From an uncultured Arcobacter sp. (GTDB lineage Bacteria > Campylobacterota > Campylobacteria > Campylobacterales > Arcobacteraceae): a stretch of 64,000 nucleotides of DNA. The notes beneath the pieces are model-generated. The model was not told the origin of the DNA, ran no database searches, and saw nothing but the letters and a program-made list of their open reading frames with translations. Both the position numbers and the translations under genes were made by a program. This document shows, piece by piece, positions 13,046-25,237 of the stretch. How positions within the stretch are numbered: position 1 is the stretch's first letter; each line of letters opens with the position of its first letter. Location of the stretch: the NCBI GenBank assembly GCA_965140705.1, contig OZ223302.1:32001-96000 (forward strand), in the 5' to 3' direction.

Positions 13046-15166
13046 ATGGACCAAGATTAAAAAAAGCGTTCATCATCTCGTTCAAAGCGCCATTCACACA
13101 AGCACTCTCGCCGTCACCACCGTCACTCTCGCTCCCGTTCGCGAACTCCAAAGGAGCACTATCATTCTCATTCAAAACGAAGCAAAGAAATGAAAGAAGG
13201 AAAAGAGGGAAAAGAACAGAAAGAAAGCAAAGAAAGAAAAGAGAAATCCTCACGTAGACTTCGCCCCACTATGTGAAGCACTTAACCGCCTTCAGGTACA
13301 GCGGCAGGCAATCTCAAGGCAAATCAGCCGTCTAGTCTTGAAACAGCGATTTCTATTAACCTGCCGACTGGGGAACATCATAGTGATATGCCTGGAGCGC
13401 AGAGTGAGGAGTACTTGAAAAGATTGGCTGCTAATCCCGCCCTGGAAAATATTATTTCGTTTCCAAAGGGAGGCGCTGTCAAGGCTAATCCCTTGTATGA
13501 GAAGTAAAAGGAATTGTTTACAACCATTTTGACAGATCACCCAGAAAAGTAGTAAATGGTTACGTAGTCGGGATTAGTTGTTGAGGAATACAGGCCTTCC
13601 GATGAAATACTTAAATTGCAATAGTAATAATAACATTTTATGGCCAACCCGTAGAACATGGTCACAATATTAAACCCAACCGCTAGTAATATTAATAATC
13701 TTGCTGCATTCAATAACCCTATTCTTGCTTACCTCACAGACCCTACCAAAATTAAAAGGAAAATCAATGTCCCTGCTAATTAAACCTTTAATTTTACAGG
13801 ACTTATTATTGGCCCTAAGGGATCTAATTAAAAGAGATTAGAAGAAGAAACCGGATGCAAAATTCTAGTCCGTGGCAAAGGAAGTTAAAAGGAAGGTATG
13901 CCCCCATAGCCTGATGATAATGAGCCCTAGCATATTTTAATTGTTGGTGATACTGAAAATTAGGTTCAATTTTATTATTGCTAAGAATTTAGATTGCCCG
14001 TGCGACGTCAGAAATAGAGAAGATTCTGTTTGCCGATGATGAAACACGGAATCGTATTCGCCAGGAATAGCTTAAGATAGTTGCATAAATTAAAAACGAT
14101 CCTTCTTAATCCTACGGCTCCTTTGGAATTGATTCTTCTGGAATGAACCTAACTTTCGGCTCAAATGTAATAATAATTACTCTTTTTATAACAAAATATA
14201 TCCCAAAAGGTTGATCTATCCTTGACAACTCCGTATGGCCCACCAAGTTAAGATGCTTTTATTATTCCAGTTCCAAATGATTGTGTCGGATTAGTTATTG
14301 GAAAAGGAGGTGAAACTATTAAAATGCTGTAGGTCAATTCAGGGGCTAGTAAGGTTTAAGTAGCTGCCGATAGGTATTAATAATCAATTATAACTATTCT
14401 AATAGTGCACCAAATTCTAATACAAGGAATGTATTTGTTGAAGGTGATCGAGAATCAATAGATAAAGTAAAGAGGATGCTCCAAGAAATAGTGGAAGCTT
14501 AATAGAAATTGAAATCGGCAATGACTGGAATGTCCATTAACGGACAATCCAGGCTTGAATACCCAGTTCCCAACAACTTAGTCGGACTAATAATTGGCAT
14601 TATTTTTATTACTTAAAATAAAATAATTTTAAAAGGAAGAGGTGGTGAAACTGTGAAAGGGATTAATACAAGATCAGGTGCCTTTGTCTTTATTCCAAAG
14701 GAGTGCCCACCTGGCTCTGATGAAAGAGTCCTTGTAATAACTGGATAGCCAGAGTAAATTTAAATAGCCTAACGAGAAATTGAAGAACTTGTAAATATGG
14801 TAATTATTAAAATAACTTTATTATTATTTTTTCCTAAGGGATTAAAAAATATGGCGTTGAAATAATAATCAATCCTACCTTCAATGATGATGGGCGGAGC
14901 ATTAGGACTTATGGGGGATCCTTCATAGTACGGTATGCCAGGCGGTGGTATGGACCCTATGATGCTAGGGTAAGGCCAACCGTTTATGCCTTAGGGCGGA
15001 GGATAAAACTCTGCTATTGAATAAGCTTCTTACTACTATATGCAAAATTTGTATAATTTATAATAGCCCACTGTTACTGAAACTATTGTTTAGGATAATA
15101 ATTAAGATTGTTTATTATTATTATTTTTTGTTTTATATGTTTTTTTTAGATTAAAGAAGAAGGTGA
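13046..15166 (+). CDS. RS-rich splicing-factor-1/BBP-like protein with one SF1-type KH domain and two further FUBP-type KH domains
   Basis: N-terminal RS/K-rich tract; [76 protein letters not shown]; Gly/Met/Gln-rich tail. Confidence 0.85.
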
Positions 15167-15559
15167 GCAAAAAAAAAGGCAAAGTAAGTCCCAAATAAAT
15201 TATAATTTTAATTTTTAAATTCAATTATTTTAATTTATCTTATTATCAAGCATATATATAGTTAAGTTAAGTTAAGATTAATTAATAATTATAACTTCAA
15301 TATTTTTGGAGAAATCACCATTAAAATAAAAAAAAGATTTTTGAAGAATAATAATATCTTATTCATTAAAATTAATAAAGTTTTTAAAATTTTTCCTTTT
15401 TATTTTATTATTCAAAAAAATAATTATTTTTTGTCAAAGAATATTTAACGAAATGTTTTATAGATATATGTATATATATATAGATAGATAAATTAAAATA
15501 TAATTTATCAAAAATGGATTTACTTTAGTATTATAAAACATATTTCTATTAAAATTATT

Positions 15560-17378
15560 TCATTTAATTAATCTACTCCTTATAAATTCCTTCCATTATG
15601 TTTATAAAATTCCAAGCTTTTCGCATTCATCAAACAAATCAGAAATTAAAATAGCTTTATTTTATTATTCCTCTGGTATAGTTAATTTCATACATATTAC
15701 CTCAGAATAAAATTGTTTCCTTATAGCATCTGTTTGCCCAATATTTTGCATTAAAGAATTACCAGGGAACGTTGGAATTGAATTTCTATTATCTTAAGTA
15801 TATTATTTGCTTTCTTCGCTGCAAACACTTGCTCTTTATAAAGTTTTCGAAAAAGCAAATAAATAATTATAATAAACCTTGAAGAGGCATCATAATTAGA
15901 AACTATATCATTAATCTTTATCATTCCAGGCATTACAACACTTGAATTTTTTAAATCTAGGTTAGCTAAATTCTGAAGTAATTTGCATTACTCTTTTCAA
16001 ATTTCAATTTCAACTTAAATCTCTTACTATTATTAGTTTAATTAGGTAGCTTTGGATTCAAATAGTTTTAAAGTTTAGAGTTTTTCTTTTGTAAGTTTGT
16101 ATCCACGTTATGAGATTATTAAGATAATTGTAGCTTCCTTTTTTGTTTATATTTAAAAAATAATTTATACTTATTAGTTTTTATTTTGTAAAAAATTATT
16201 ATATTTTTCATACTCTGTTAAATAAATTACAATTTCTGTCGAAGAGTTTGAATTAATAATTGATTATAAGAATGAACAAATTTTTTCAGAAAAGTTTATT
16301 ATATCATACATGCAAGCTTTATTCATAGAGAATTTTTTAAACATTAATTACTTATCATTAATTATATTAGCTACTTTCTATAATTTCATATTTAAATCAA
16401 AAATTTAATTTGTTTCTTTTTATTCATAAGCAAATTACTTTTTTTTATTCAAAATTTAATAACAATATTCTGAATGCTTTTCTACTTCGCTTAATTTAAT
16501 ATACTCCTCACAATCAACACAAAGGATTTCTAAATTATGATCCGTAACAGCAGCAGTAGTAGTAGTTTATTTAGACTAATTTATTGATGAATGACTACTA
16601 ATTATAGTTTTAGCAGGCTGTTATTACTATTAATAAAATGGTTTGGCTTATAAAAAATGATTGGAAGTCACAGTATTAAATTTTTATTTAACTGATTACA
16701 TTTATTTTGCTTTGTTAATAAATTCTGTTTAATAATTACAGTGGCCACGCAGACTACGACTATTAGCATTTGAATTTATATTTGAAGCGTTAAAGAAGGT
16801 AGTACCTGTTTTTGTTGAATTGATCTTAGAGTATTGATTATTTTAGAAAAATTATTTTGAATCATTATTATTAGTTGTTTCATTATTTGATGTTTAAACT
16901 CTTTTTAAATTTTCTCTTTAGTTTAAATTGTAAGGAGATTTTTCTTCTTTTTCTTTTATTTTTCCTTCTAGTAATTTTATAAATGATTCTTCAGTTCCTA
17001 AGTCATCAGCACCTATTTTAATTAAAAAATTAAATAAATAACAATTACCAGCCATAATTATTAATTAGTCTGTTTGCAAATTGAAGCTTGGCTCGTTTGT
17101 ATTATTTTATAAATTTTTTCTTTATAAAAACAATAATAAGTTTAATTTAACCTTTCTTATTCACCCTTACTACTTGATGAACTGAAACTTTCACCAATTT
17201 CTTCTAGAGGAAGTAAATTAAATTAGAGTTCTGGTTGCTTGCTTCCAGGTTACACTATAAATATTTTAAAAATGAATTATAAAATTTTAAAATAATTTTT
17301 TTTTTTTTTTTATGATTAACATTTGTATTGACTTTAACGAGGATTTTAAGTGTAATTTTAGTTACTTCTTTTTTCCAT
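15560..17378 (-). CDS. Hypothetical protein with a C2HC-type zinc-finger motif
   Basis: ILCVDCEEYIKLSEVEKHSEYC; C-terminal FYSEVICMKL ... ILISDLFDEC ... QWKEFIRSRLIK-TGA; several introns. Confidence 0.6.
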
Positions 17379-17606
17379 GATATTTATGTCCTTTTTGTTT
17401 TGTTTCTTTCTTCTTTCAATTTATTATAAAATAACGTAAAGTTTTTGAGCAAAATTTACAATTATTATTATTATTATAAAGTTTTTAAATTTTATTTCAG
17501 AATTAACCTTAAATATTTTTTAATTCATGGTTTAAAATTTATAGTAAAAATTTTAATTTATTATAAAATATAAATTGTTTATTTTTTAATAAAATAATTA
17601 TTATTA

Positions 17607-18404
17607 ATGTAAAACACTTAGCCTTCAGATCCCTCGAGCAACTAAACAAAATTAGAAGAAGCCATTTCTTCTAAATTATTTATTGAGGAATAGAAGTCCT
17701 TTAAACAATAAATTCCAACTTCTACTAAAATCAAAAAGAAAATAAATATCCCTACTGATTAAGCAGTTAATTATATTGGACTTATTATTGGTCCCAGAGG
17801 ATCAAATTAGAAAAGATTGGAAAAAGAAACAGGGTGTAAAATTTTCGTACGTGGTAAAGGAACTCAAAAGGAAGGTATAATAACTCCTTAATTCGATGAC
17901 AATGAACAATAGCATGTTTTAATTATAGGTGATACTGAAAGTCAAGTTTAATTTAATTTAATTTTCTTATAATTTAAGATTGAACATGCTACCTCAGAAA
18001 TCGAGGAAATTCTATTCATGAATGATGAGGAACGTAACCGTATTTGCTTGGAATAGCTCAAAATAGTATCATAACTCAATTAAATAATATTTTGAATAAA
18101 AAGGTGGATTAATAGTTAACAACATAAGATAATACTTGCATTATTACTGTTCCAAATAATTGCATTGGAGTGATTATAGGAAAAGGGGGTGAAACTATTA
18201 AAATGTTACAGATTAATTCTGGGGTTAAGATTAAAATAGCTGCTATGGATAAGTTAATTATTATTAATAATTTAGTAGTATTCTTATAGTGCAACTAATT
18301 CTTATACAAGGAATATATTTGTTGAAGGGGATAAAGAAGCAATAGATAAAGTGAAGAAAATGATTGAAAATATAGTAGGAGAAGTGTAATTGAAATTAAG
18401 ATGA
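17607..18404 (+). CDS. Truncated, diverged paralogue of the 13046-15166 KH protein (two KH domains only)
   Basis: [62 protein letters not shown]. Intron positions are shared with the parent gene. Confidence 0.75.
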
Positions 18405-18486
18405 ATAAAAATTATATTTTAAAATTTAAATTATTTATATTATTATTATAATTAAATTGCTTGACTAAATTAGTAAAAATTTCAAA

Positions 18487-20396
18487 ATGTAAAAAGGTTC
18501 AGTAAGATTATCAGAAGAAACACCAGAATCCCGAAAATAATTAATTCTAAAACCCGATCAAGGCCAAAATGTTCTTAATTGCGAAGAAGTTAATATTAAT
18601 AATAATTTTTTAAATATTATTTTAGGCATTAAAAGCATGCGGAGACTAAAATTGATATTAAATTCGTACAACTCTTTTATTATGCTTACAATGAACAATT
18701 ATTGCTTTCTTACTGTAAGGACAGCCCTTTCTGTTTCTAGAACCGAAATTTTATTGTCGTAATGATTAGGGAGAAGTTTATGAGTTTTCAAATTATTTTT
18801 AAATATTAATTTAGATGTAAAGAAGAAGAAGGCTGTAAATAAAAGACTATTGAATTGGTTCCTGATAGTTCTCATAGTTTAGCAATGTAATTTGAATTAT
18901 ATTGCTCCAGGCGATATCTTTTATCTTTATGCTAAACATTATTTTTCGTTGTTTCAAATATTTCAACCCTGATATTTTCGTTCCTTGCGGACTTATATGG
19001 GCGTAAAAAAATAATCCTAATCTGCTACGTAATCGGCGTAATTCCTCTTCTCATCTGCAGTTTCATCAGAAACTGAATTGTCTTCCTTCTAGTATTCACA
19101 ATAGCAGGAATCGGGCTAAACCCTTACTCAACAATTTGCTTTGTACTGCTAGCTGAAAGTGCAGGTGAAAAGTACAGGTAAGGAATGAGTGTCGGGCTAT
19201 TAGTCACCTGGGGTTTGGGCCAATTATTATTAGTTCCAATTGCGTATAAATGGAGAAAATGGGAGGATCTATTATTGTGGTGGATTGCTTTTCCACTTTG
19301 TTTATAGATTGTTACTTATATTTGGATTTATGAGTCACCCAAATTCTTAATTATTAAGAAATAGTGGGACAAGGCTAAACTGTTATTTGAAAAAATTGCA
19401 AAGGTGAATAAAAAGTAATTACCTAATGGATTTAAAATTAAAGAAGAATAGGAAGAAAATTAAAGGATTGAGTAATAAAGATTACTTTCAGATGCACCGT
19501 CTTCCTCGTAAGAATAATCAAGGATCTATACTTACTATGATCTTATTCGATATAAATCATAGCTATTGCCTACTATTATTCTAAGTCTATGTTTTTTTGC
19601 TATTTATTTATCCTATTATGGAATGATCTTTGCTTTGGATACTATAGGAGATAATATTTATTTATCGGCTGTGTATTTAAATCTAGGAGAAATCTCGGCT
19701 TATTTCTTTGCAGGTCTAGTGTTTCTTAGGGTTAATTTATATTTTTAGGAGTTGTTATACGATATGTGAAAAGAAAAATCTCATTTCCAATGAGTTTCAT
19801 AATTCTAGGGATCAGTTGTCTTTTCTTTTTAATTTTCCATGGAAATACATCAATGATTATCATGGCAGTGGTTAAAACAAAACAAAATATAAAAATATTT
19901 TAAATAATAAATAAAACAAAAGATCTCCCGTTTTTCCATAGCAATCTGCAACTGCCTGATCTATGTCTACACAGCTGAGATTTATCCTGCTTCAATTCGT
20001 TCAATAGGTATGGGAGCTACCAATTTTATAGGAAAATTCGGGTGTGCAGTCGCACCAGGATTAATACAATTCTGTGAAAATACACTTAATTTGCATCCAA
20101 TGGCTGCTTTTGGAGTGGTTGCCTTAATTGCCAGTGTCTTAGCATTGTTTCTAACTGAAACTAAAGGAATGCCCTTATTGGATGATATTCCTGTTTTTTT
20201 TTGTTTTTGTTTTTTGGTTATTTTTTTTTAGGAAGTTCTAAAGTAAAAGAAAAAAGAAGAAGCGAAATTATCGTTTAGAATGGATGATGCATAAGGAAGG
20301 AGAAAGGATTCTAGCACTACTGATACTGATGTAAATAAGTATTTATCGAATTCTCCGATTTTATTAGATGAAAGTGATTTAAATATAAAATTATGA
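18487..20396 (+). CDS. MFS transporter, SLC22/organic cation transporter-like
   Basis: GDQN(TGA)YQIR ... QFELYC ... LADLYGRK ... WIYESPKFL ... IAKVNKK ... YVYTAEIYPASIRSIGMG ... LFLTETKGMPL. Confidence 0.9.
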
Positions 20397-20553
20397 GTTG
20401 TTTTGTAATTATTTTATATTTTATTCAATATTTAATTACTAAAAATTATTATTATAAGGAATAAACAACAATTTATTTATTTTGTATTTGAATTGTTTAA
20501 TAAATTTTAAAAATTGTTTATTTTTTATTTGAGGAAAAAAACCCTACAAAAAT

Positions 20554-21329
20554 ATGGCAACTGGAAATTTTTATCGTGGAACAAGCATTTCTTAAGATCT
20601 TCGTTTCTCAAACAAAGATAAAACCTTAATTAATAGTCGTAACTGGCCTTCAGAATTTGAATAAAAAGTTGACGTAACAAAAGTAAAAAAAAAAAACAAA
20701 AGCATAAAAATAATTATAAAAATAGGTAGAATTAACAGTAATAAAATCGTGGATCGATCAACGTGTAACAGAATTACTTGGAATGGAGGATGAAGTGCTT
20801 GTAAATTTAATAGTCTCTGAATTAGAAAGAAAACCTGAAAATATTAAAGAAGGAATTTGCCCTAAAAAACTATCAATTTTACTTGCGGGATTCTTGGAAA
20901 AAAATAGTTTTAAGTTTGTTAAGGAATTGTGGGCTTTATTGATTGAAGGAATGCAGGCAGCCAATGGAATTGTTTTTTTTTTATTGTATATAATTATATT
21001 AGCCCATAAGTTTGATTACTAAGAAATAAGAAGAATTGTAAGAAAGGAAATAAGAAATTATTAGTTAGAAATAATAATTAGAAAAAATGAAATTAATGCT
21101 TAATTAGTAGTAGTAGTAAAATTCAGCATAGGAGTAAAAATAAATTGAAACGAAATAAAAAAAGAATAATTCACGATCTAGAAGTTCTAGTAAAGAATTA
21201 AAGAAAGAAAGTGAAAGTGAATCCGATAATGATGATAGCAAACAAAAGAAAAAAAGGGATAAAAAAAGTAAGAGGAAAGATAAATCAGATAAAAATAGGA
21301 AGGATAAAAAGGATAGACATCATCATTGA
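20554..21329 (+). CDS. PWI-domain splicing factor, SRRM1/SRm160-like (short form)
   Basis: MATGNFYRGTSISQDLRFSNKDK ... KVDVTK/VELTVIKSWIDQRVTELLGMEDEVLV ... LAGFLEKNSFKFVKELWALL; K/R/D-rich tail. Confidence 0.88.
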
Positions 21330-21558
21330 AAATTTTATCAAAATTTATTAGTTTTATTATTCTTTTATTAGAATTAATAATATTTGTAAATCAAATTTTC
21401 AAGTTTTATTTAGAATGTTAAAGTAAAGTCAATATAATTCAAAGTTATAAATGCAAATTGTCTTAAAAAATAAATTATAATTTAATTATAATTTAATAAT
21501 AATAATAAATAATTAAAATTAAAATATATTTAATTCTTTATTGATAAAATTTAATTTA

Positions 21559-22540
21559 TCATTATCGCTAATTATTATTAGTTTTTTTTTCAAATAAAGC
21601 CTTAATTTTTGAAGCTTCTTCAATATTTCCTGTTTGATAATAATTTTACATTTGCCTTTATAAATCTATAGTTTAATTTTAATAAAATTATAAATAAATT
21701 TAACCATAGCTCAAATTCATTTCTTTAATTTTATTTTAATCAAAATTAACAATTCTATAGTATTCCTACAAAATCTTTTACTTTTTCTATTAATCCTTGA
21801 AAGTATTTTACTATTATCTTTATTTACAAAAAGTAATTTAATTAATATTTACTAAATATGCTTTTCATCATCAAACTAGACCAATTCATCCCTTTAAATT
21901 TTTTTATTTTTCTTGAGTTATTTCATTTCCCATTTTTAAATATCATAATACTTTTTTGAAGGAAACGATGCTGTATTATAATCCTCCACAAATGTCTCAA
22001 ACAATTTTTTTTCTTCCACGTGGCTCATCGCTTCAATATTCATTTATTTCACTTCCCTTAATTTTAAATTATTATTTTATTTAGGGCGGGGTAACCTTAG
22101 CCAATGGCGAAATTCTTCCTTTTTTTTATTTAAATCAGCCATTGTAATCTATAGTATTTATTTAAAGGAAAAAAATTGTACATAGCCATATTTTCCATAT
22201 CGTTCTTATTCTTTCTACAGCTTTGATTTTTTATGCTTATGCTTTTTGTGGTGTTTTTTTTTCTTTTTCTTTTATGCTTTGTTTAAAAAATTATAATAAT
22301 TACATCTTTATGTTCATGTTTATGCTTTTTATCTTTTTATTGTGAGGATGAATCGACACTCTATCTTAATACAAATAGATGTTAATTGAGTGTTATTTTT
22401 AAAAAAGGGAACCTTGAAGATGAATTTGATTTTGAACGGCTTCTTGACAGTTTCTTTTTATTTTTCTTTTCTTTTTTCTTTTTGTGCTCTTCAGCCACTT
22501 TTTTCTTTTCAAATTCGTTTTCACTTGAAGGTGATTGCAT
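21559..22540 (-). CDS. Conserved uncharacterised K/H-rich protein
   Basis: Lys/His-rich N-terminus, then YGKYG ... EEFRHWL-EVKQMNIE ... FETFVEDYNTASFPSKKYYDIQKWE. This looks like a conserved eukaryotic domain that I cannot name with certainty. Confidence 0.65.
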
Positions 22541-23011
22541 TTTTAACAAAATAGGTTTAAAGCTTTAATTTATTAAATTTTTAAATTTTTTATATATTAT
22601 AAAAAAAGTTCCATATCCTTATATTATCATGAAATTTAAATTTTCCCCTAAGAAAATATAGACAATTTTAAAATTAATTTAAAAAGCTTTTTCATTAAAC
22701 CTTTGGAGATCATCTTTTATAATAATGAAAAAAAAATGAATAAAATTTAAAACTTTTTAATTTTAAAAAATGGTTTTCTTTAATTACTTAAAATTTTTTG
22801 CTTATAATTAGTAGAAATTTATAAAATAGAGGAAAACTTAAAAATAGTTTAGAAAAACAATTTATAATTTTCTAAATTAACAACATTTGAATCCTAAGTC
22901 AGAAAATAATAGACGGTAAAAATGATTTAAATTCGAATTTTGCTCTGAAAAATTATAATCATTAAATTAAAAAATATAAAAAAATTTTAAAATTTAAATA
23001 AACAAAACACA

Positions 23012-24725
23012 ATGAATAGTAAAATTTCGATTGAAGAAAACTCTCCATTAAAAGAAAATTTGCTCTCAAATGAGCCTAAATTAGAAAAAAGAAGGTACTT
23101 GATTCTGTTAATGTACTTTCTGTTTTAGTAAAAACAAATTTCAATTATTAATTATTTTTAAATTTTATATAGAGTAACTGGAAACTCTTGCTTTTGCACG
23201 TACTCTGGGATTGATAAACAAGCAGCTATTTATTATAATACTGATGAGAGCAATATATTATGGTTTGCAAATTCATTTTTAATGATGTATGTTTTTGCAT
23301 CTTATCCTGTAAAAAAAATTAATTAATTTAAATTTTTTATTTTGGTTTGTTTTGTAGTCTGCTTGGTGGATTTCATATAATTTTAAAAATGCTTATTATT
23401 TTGCAACATTTTTTAATGCTTTTGGAGGGTGGATCAGATATTGTGCATTTTCTAATATGCCAGTAGCTATATTAGGTTAAGTTCTTATTGGTGTTGGATA
23501 AAATTTTGGATTTCCTGCTCTCCTTTGTAATTAATTTTAAATTTTTTAATTTTTTTTTAATTTTTTTTCAAGATATTCCCGAACGATGGTTTAGCAAAAA
23601 AGAAAAATTTGCAGCACTTTGCATTTCAAGTTAAAGCATTTTTCTTGGCATGGGCTTGGGCTATTTATTTTCACCCTTGTACATTGGAAATGATCCAGTA
23701 ATTTATTTTTTTATTGTTTAGACTTATAAAAGAATAAAATTCGATAATTAAATTTAATTGTTTCAATTGCATTAACTGTTCCATTTGCACTATATTTATT
23801 GATTGCCAAAGCTAAGCCTGATGAAGCTCCAAGTGAAGAAGCAGAATATTAAGAAGCTTTACCAAAAGTATCATTATTGGCATTCTTCAAAAACCTCTGG
23901 ATCTTATTTAGCAATTTAAAGTTTTTAATGTTTTTACTTATTTTTGGCTTATGTAAAACAATTTTTTTCCCAATAAAATTAGAATTAATTCTTTTTAAAG
24001 GTTTAGGAAGTGGTTACAGTTTCTTATCCGCAATTGATTATTTTTTAAATTCCTCTGAATACACTCCCGTTAATTAATTAAAATCTATAAAATAATTTCT
24101 TTTTAAAGGTCAAAGTTGGTATTATTGGCTTAGTTTATGTTGCTGGCGGTAGTGTAGCTGATTTATTTTTTTCTGTATTAATCTTTAAAAGAAGAGATTA
24201 AAAGAATGTTTTATTCAATTATTGTCTTAAAGCATTATAAGTTATTTTGATAGCTGCACTAGTAATAATTAATTCAAACTTTATGATTTTTTCTAGATTG
24301 TTTTTTGTATTTTTATAGAAAAATTAGATTTCAATACAATGATGATAGTGGCTGCGTAATTATTTCTAATTTATTTGTTAATTATTTTTTAAAGAATATT
24401 AGGAATTGGCTATTAAGGAATGGTACCATTTGGACTTGAAATTTTAGAGGAAATTGGAGAAATGGATAATTAATTAATTTCAAATAGTTATGCTTTTTTT
24501 GGAAGCCTTTTAAGTGTAACTGGAAGTACTCTTATTGATATGAAAGCATTTAAATTTTATGGAATCTATTGTAATTTTTATTTATTTTTTTATTTTTTAT
24601 TAGTTTTAATATTATTTGAAATTCCGGCACTCATTGTATTGATGTTTTTCTACAATTAATCAATGAATAAGCGGGAAATTAGTACAACAAATTCTGTTAC
24701 TGATGAATAAACAGAGTAACCATGA
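23012..24725 (+). CDS. MFS transporter, FLVCR/SLC49-like
   Basis: RRYLILL ... GGWIRY ... GQVLIGVGQNF ... PERWFSKKE ... KPDEAPSEEA; many hydrophobic segments and short introns. Confidence 0.75.
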
Positions 24726-24776
24726 GAATTGTTTCAATTGATCATGATATATTTTTGTTTTCACAAAAAAATTAAA

Positions 24777-24813
24777 AAAAAGAATGTAAATTCTAGGAAT
24801 TTACATTCTTTTT
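24777..24813. repeat. Perfect 17-bp inverted repeat with 3-nt spacer
   Basis: aaaaagaatgtaaattc-tag-gaatttacattcttttt. Confidence 0.9.
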
Positions 24814-24938
24814 AATTTATAAATTTTTATTTGTTAAAAATCTCAACTTTAATAATTTTAATTTCAAATAATTCAATTGACTAAAAAGGTAAAAAATTTA
24901 TTAATTAATTTTATTGAATTATACAAATTTAAAAAAAA

Positions 24939-25173
24939 ATGTAATCAGAATAGGATAATATTTTAGAATTTGAAGCTCCTTCTCATTAGACTGTAACTTA
25001 TATTTGTGGAGGTGCAACCTTTTTTTAAATAATAAATTAATTATTTCATTAAAGGATGCGGTAAAGATGTTGATCTCAAGACAAAAGAAACAATCATAAG
25101 ATGTATGCAGTGTGGATATAGAATTCTCTATAAAAAAAGAACAAGATAAGTATTGTAGTATGAAGCTCGCTGA
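24939..25173 (+). CDS. RPB12: RNA polymerase I/II/III common subunit RPABC4 (RPB12)
   Basis: VTYICG/GCGKDVDLKTKETIIRCMQCGYRILYKKRTRQVLQYEAR-TGA; one 43-nt intron (25012-25054). Confidence 0.96.
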
Positions 25174-25237
25174 AAAAAATGATCATAATTTATTGTATTT
25201 AAAAAATTATAAGGAAAATTAATTCTAATTATTAAAT

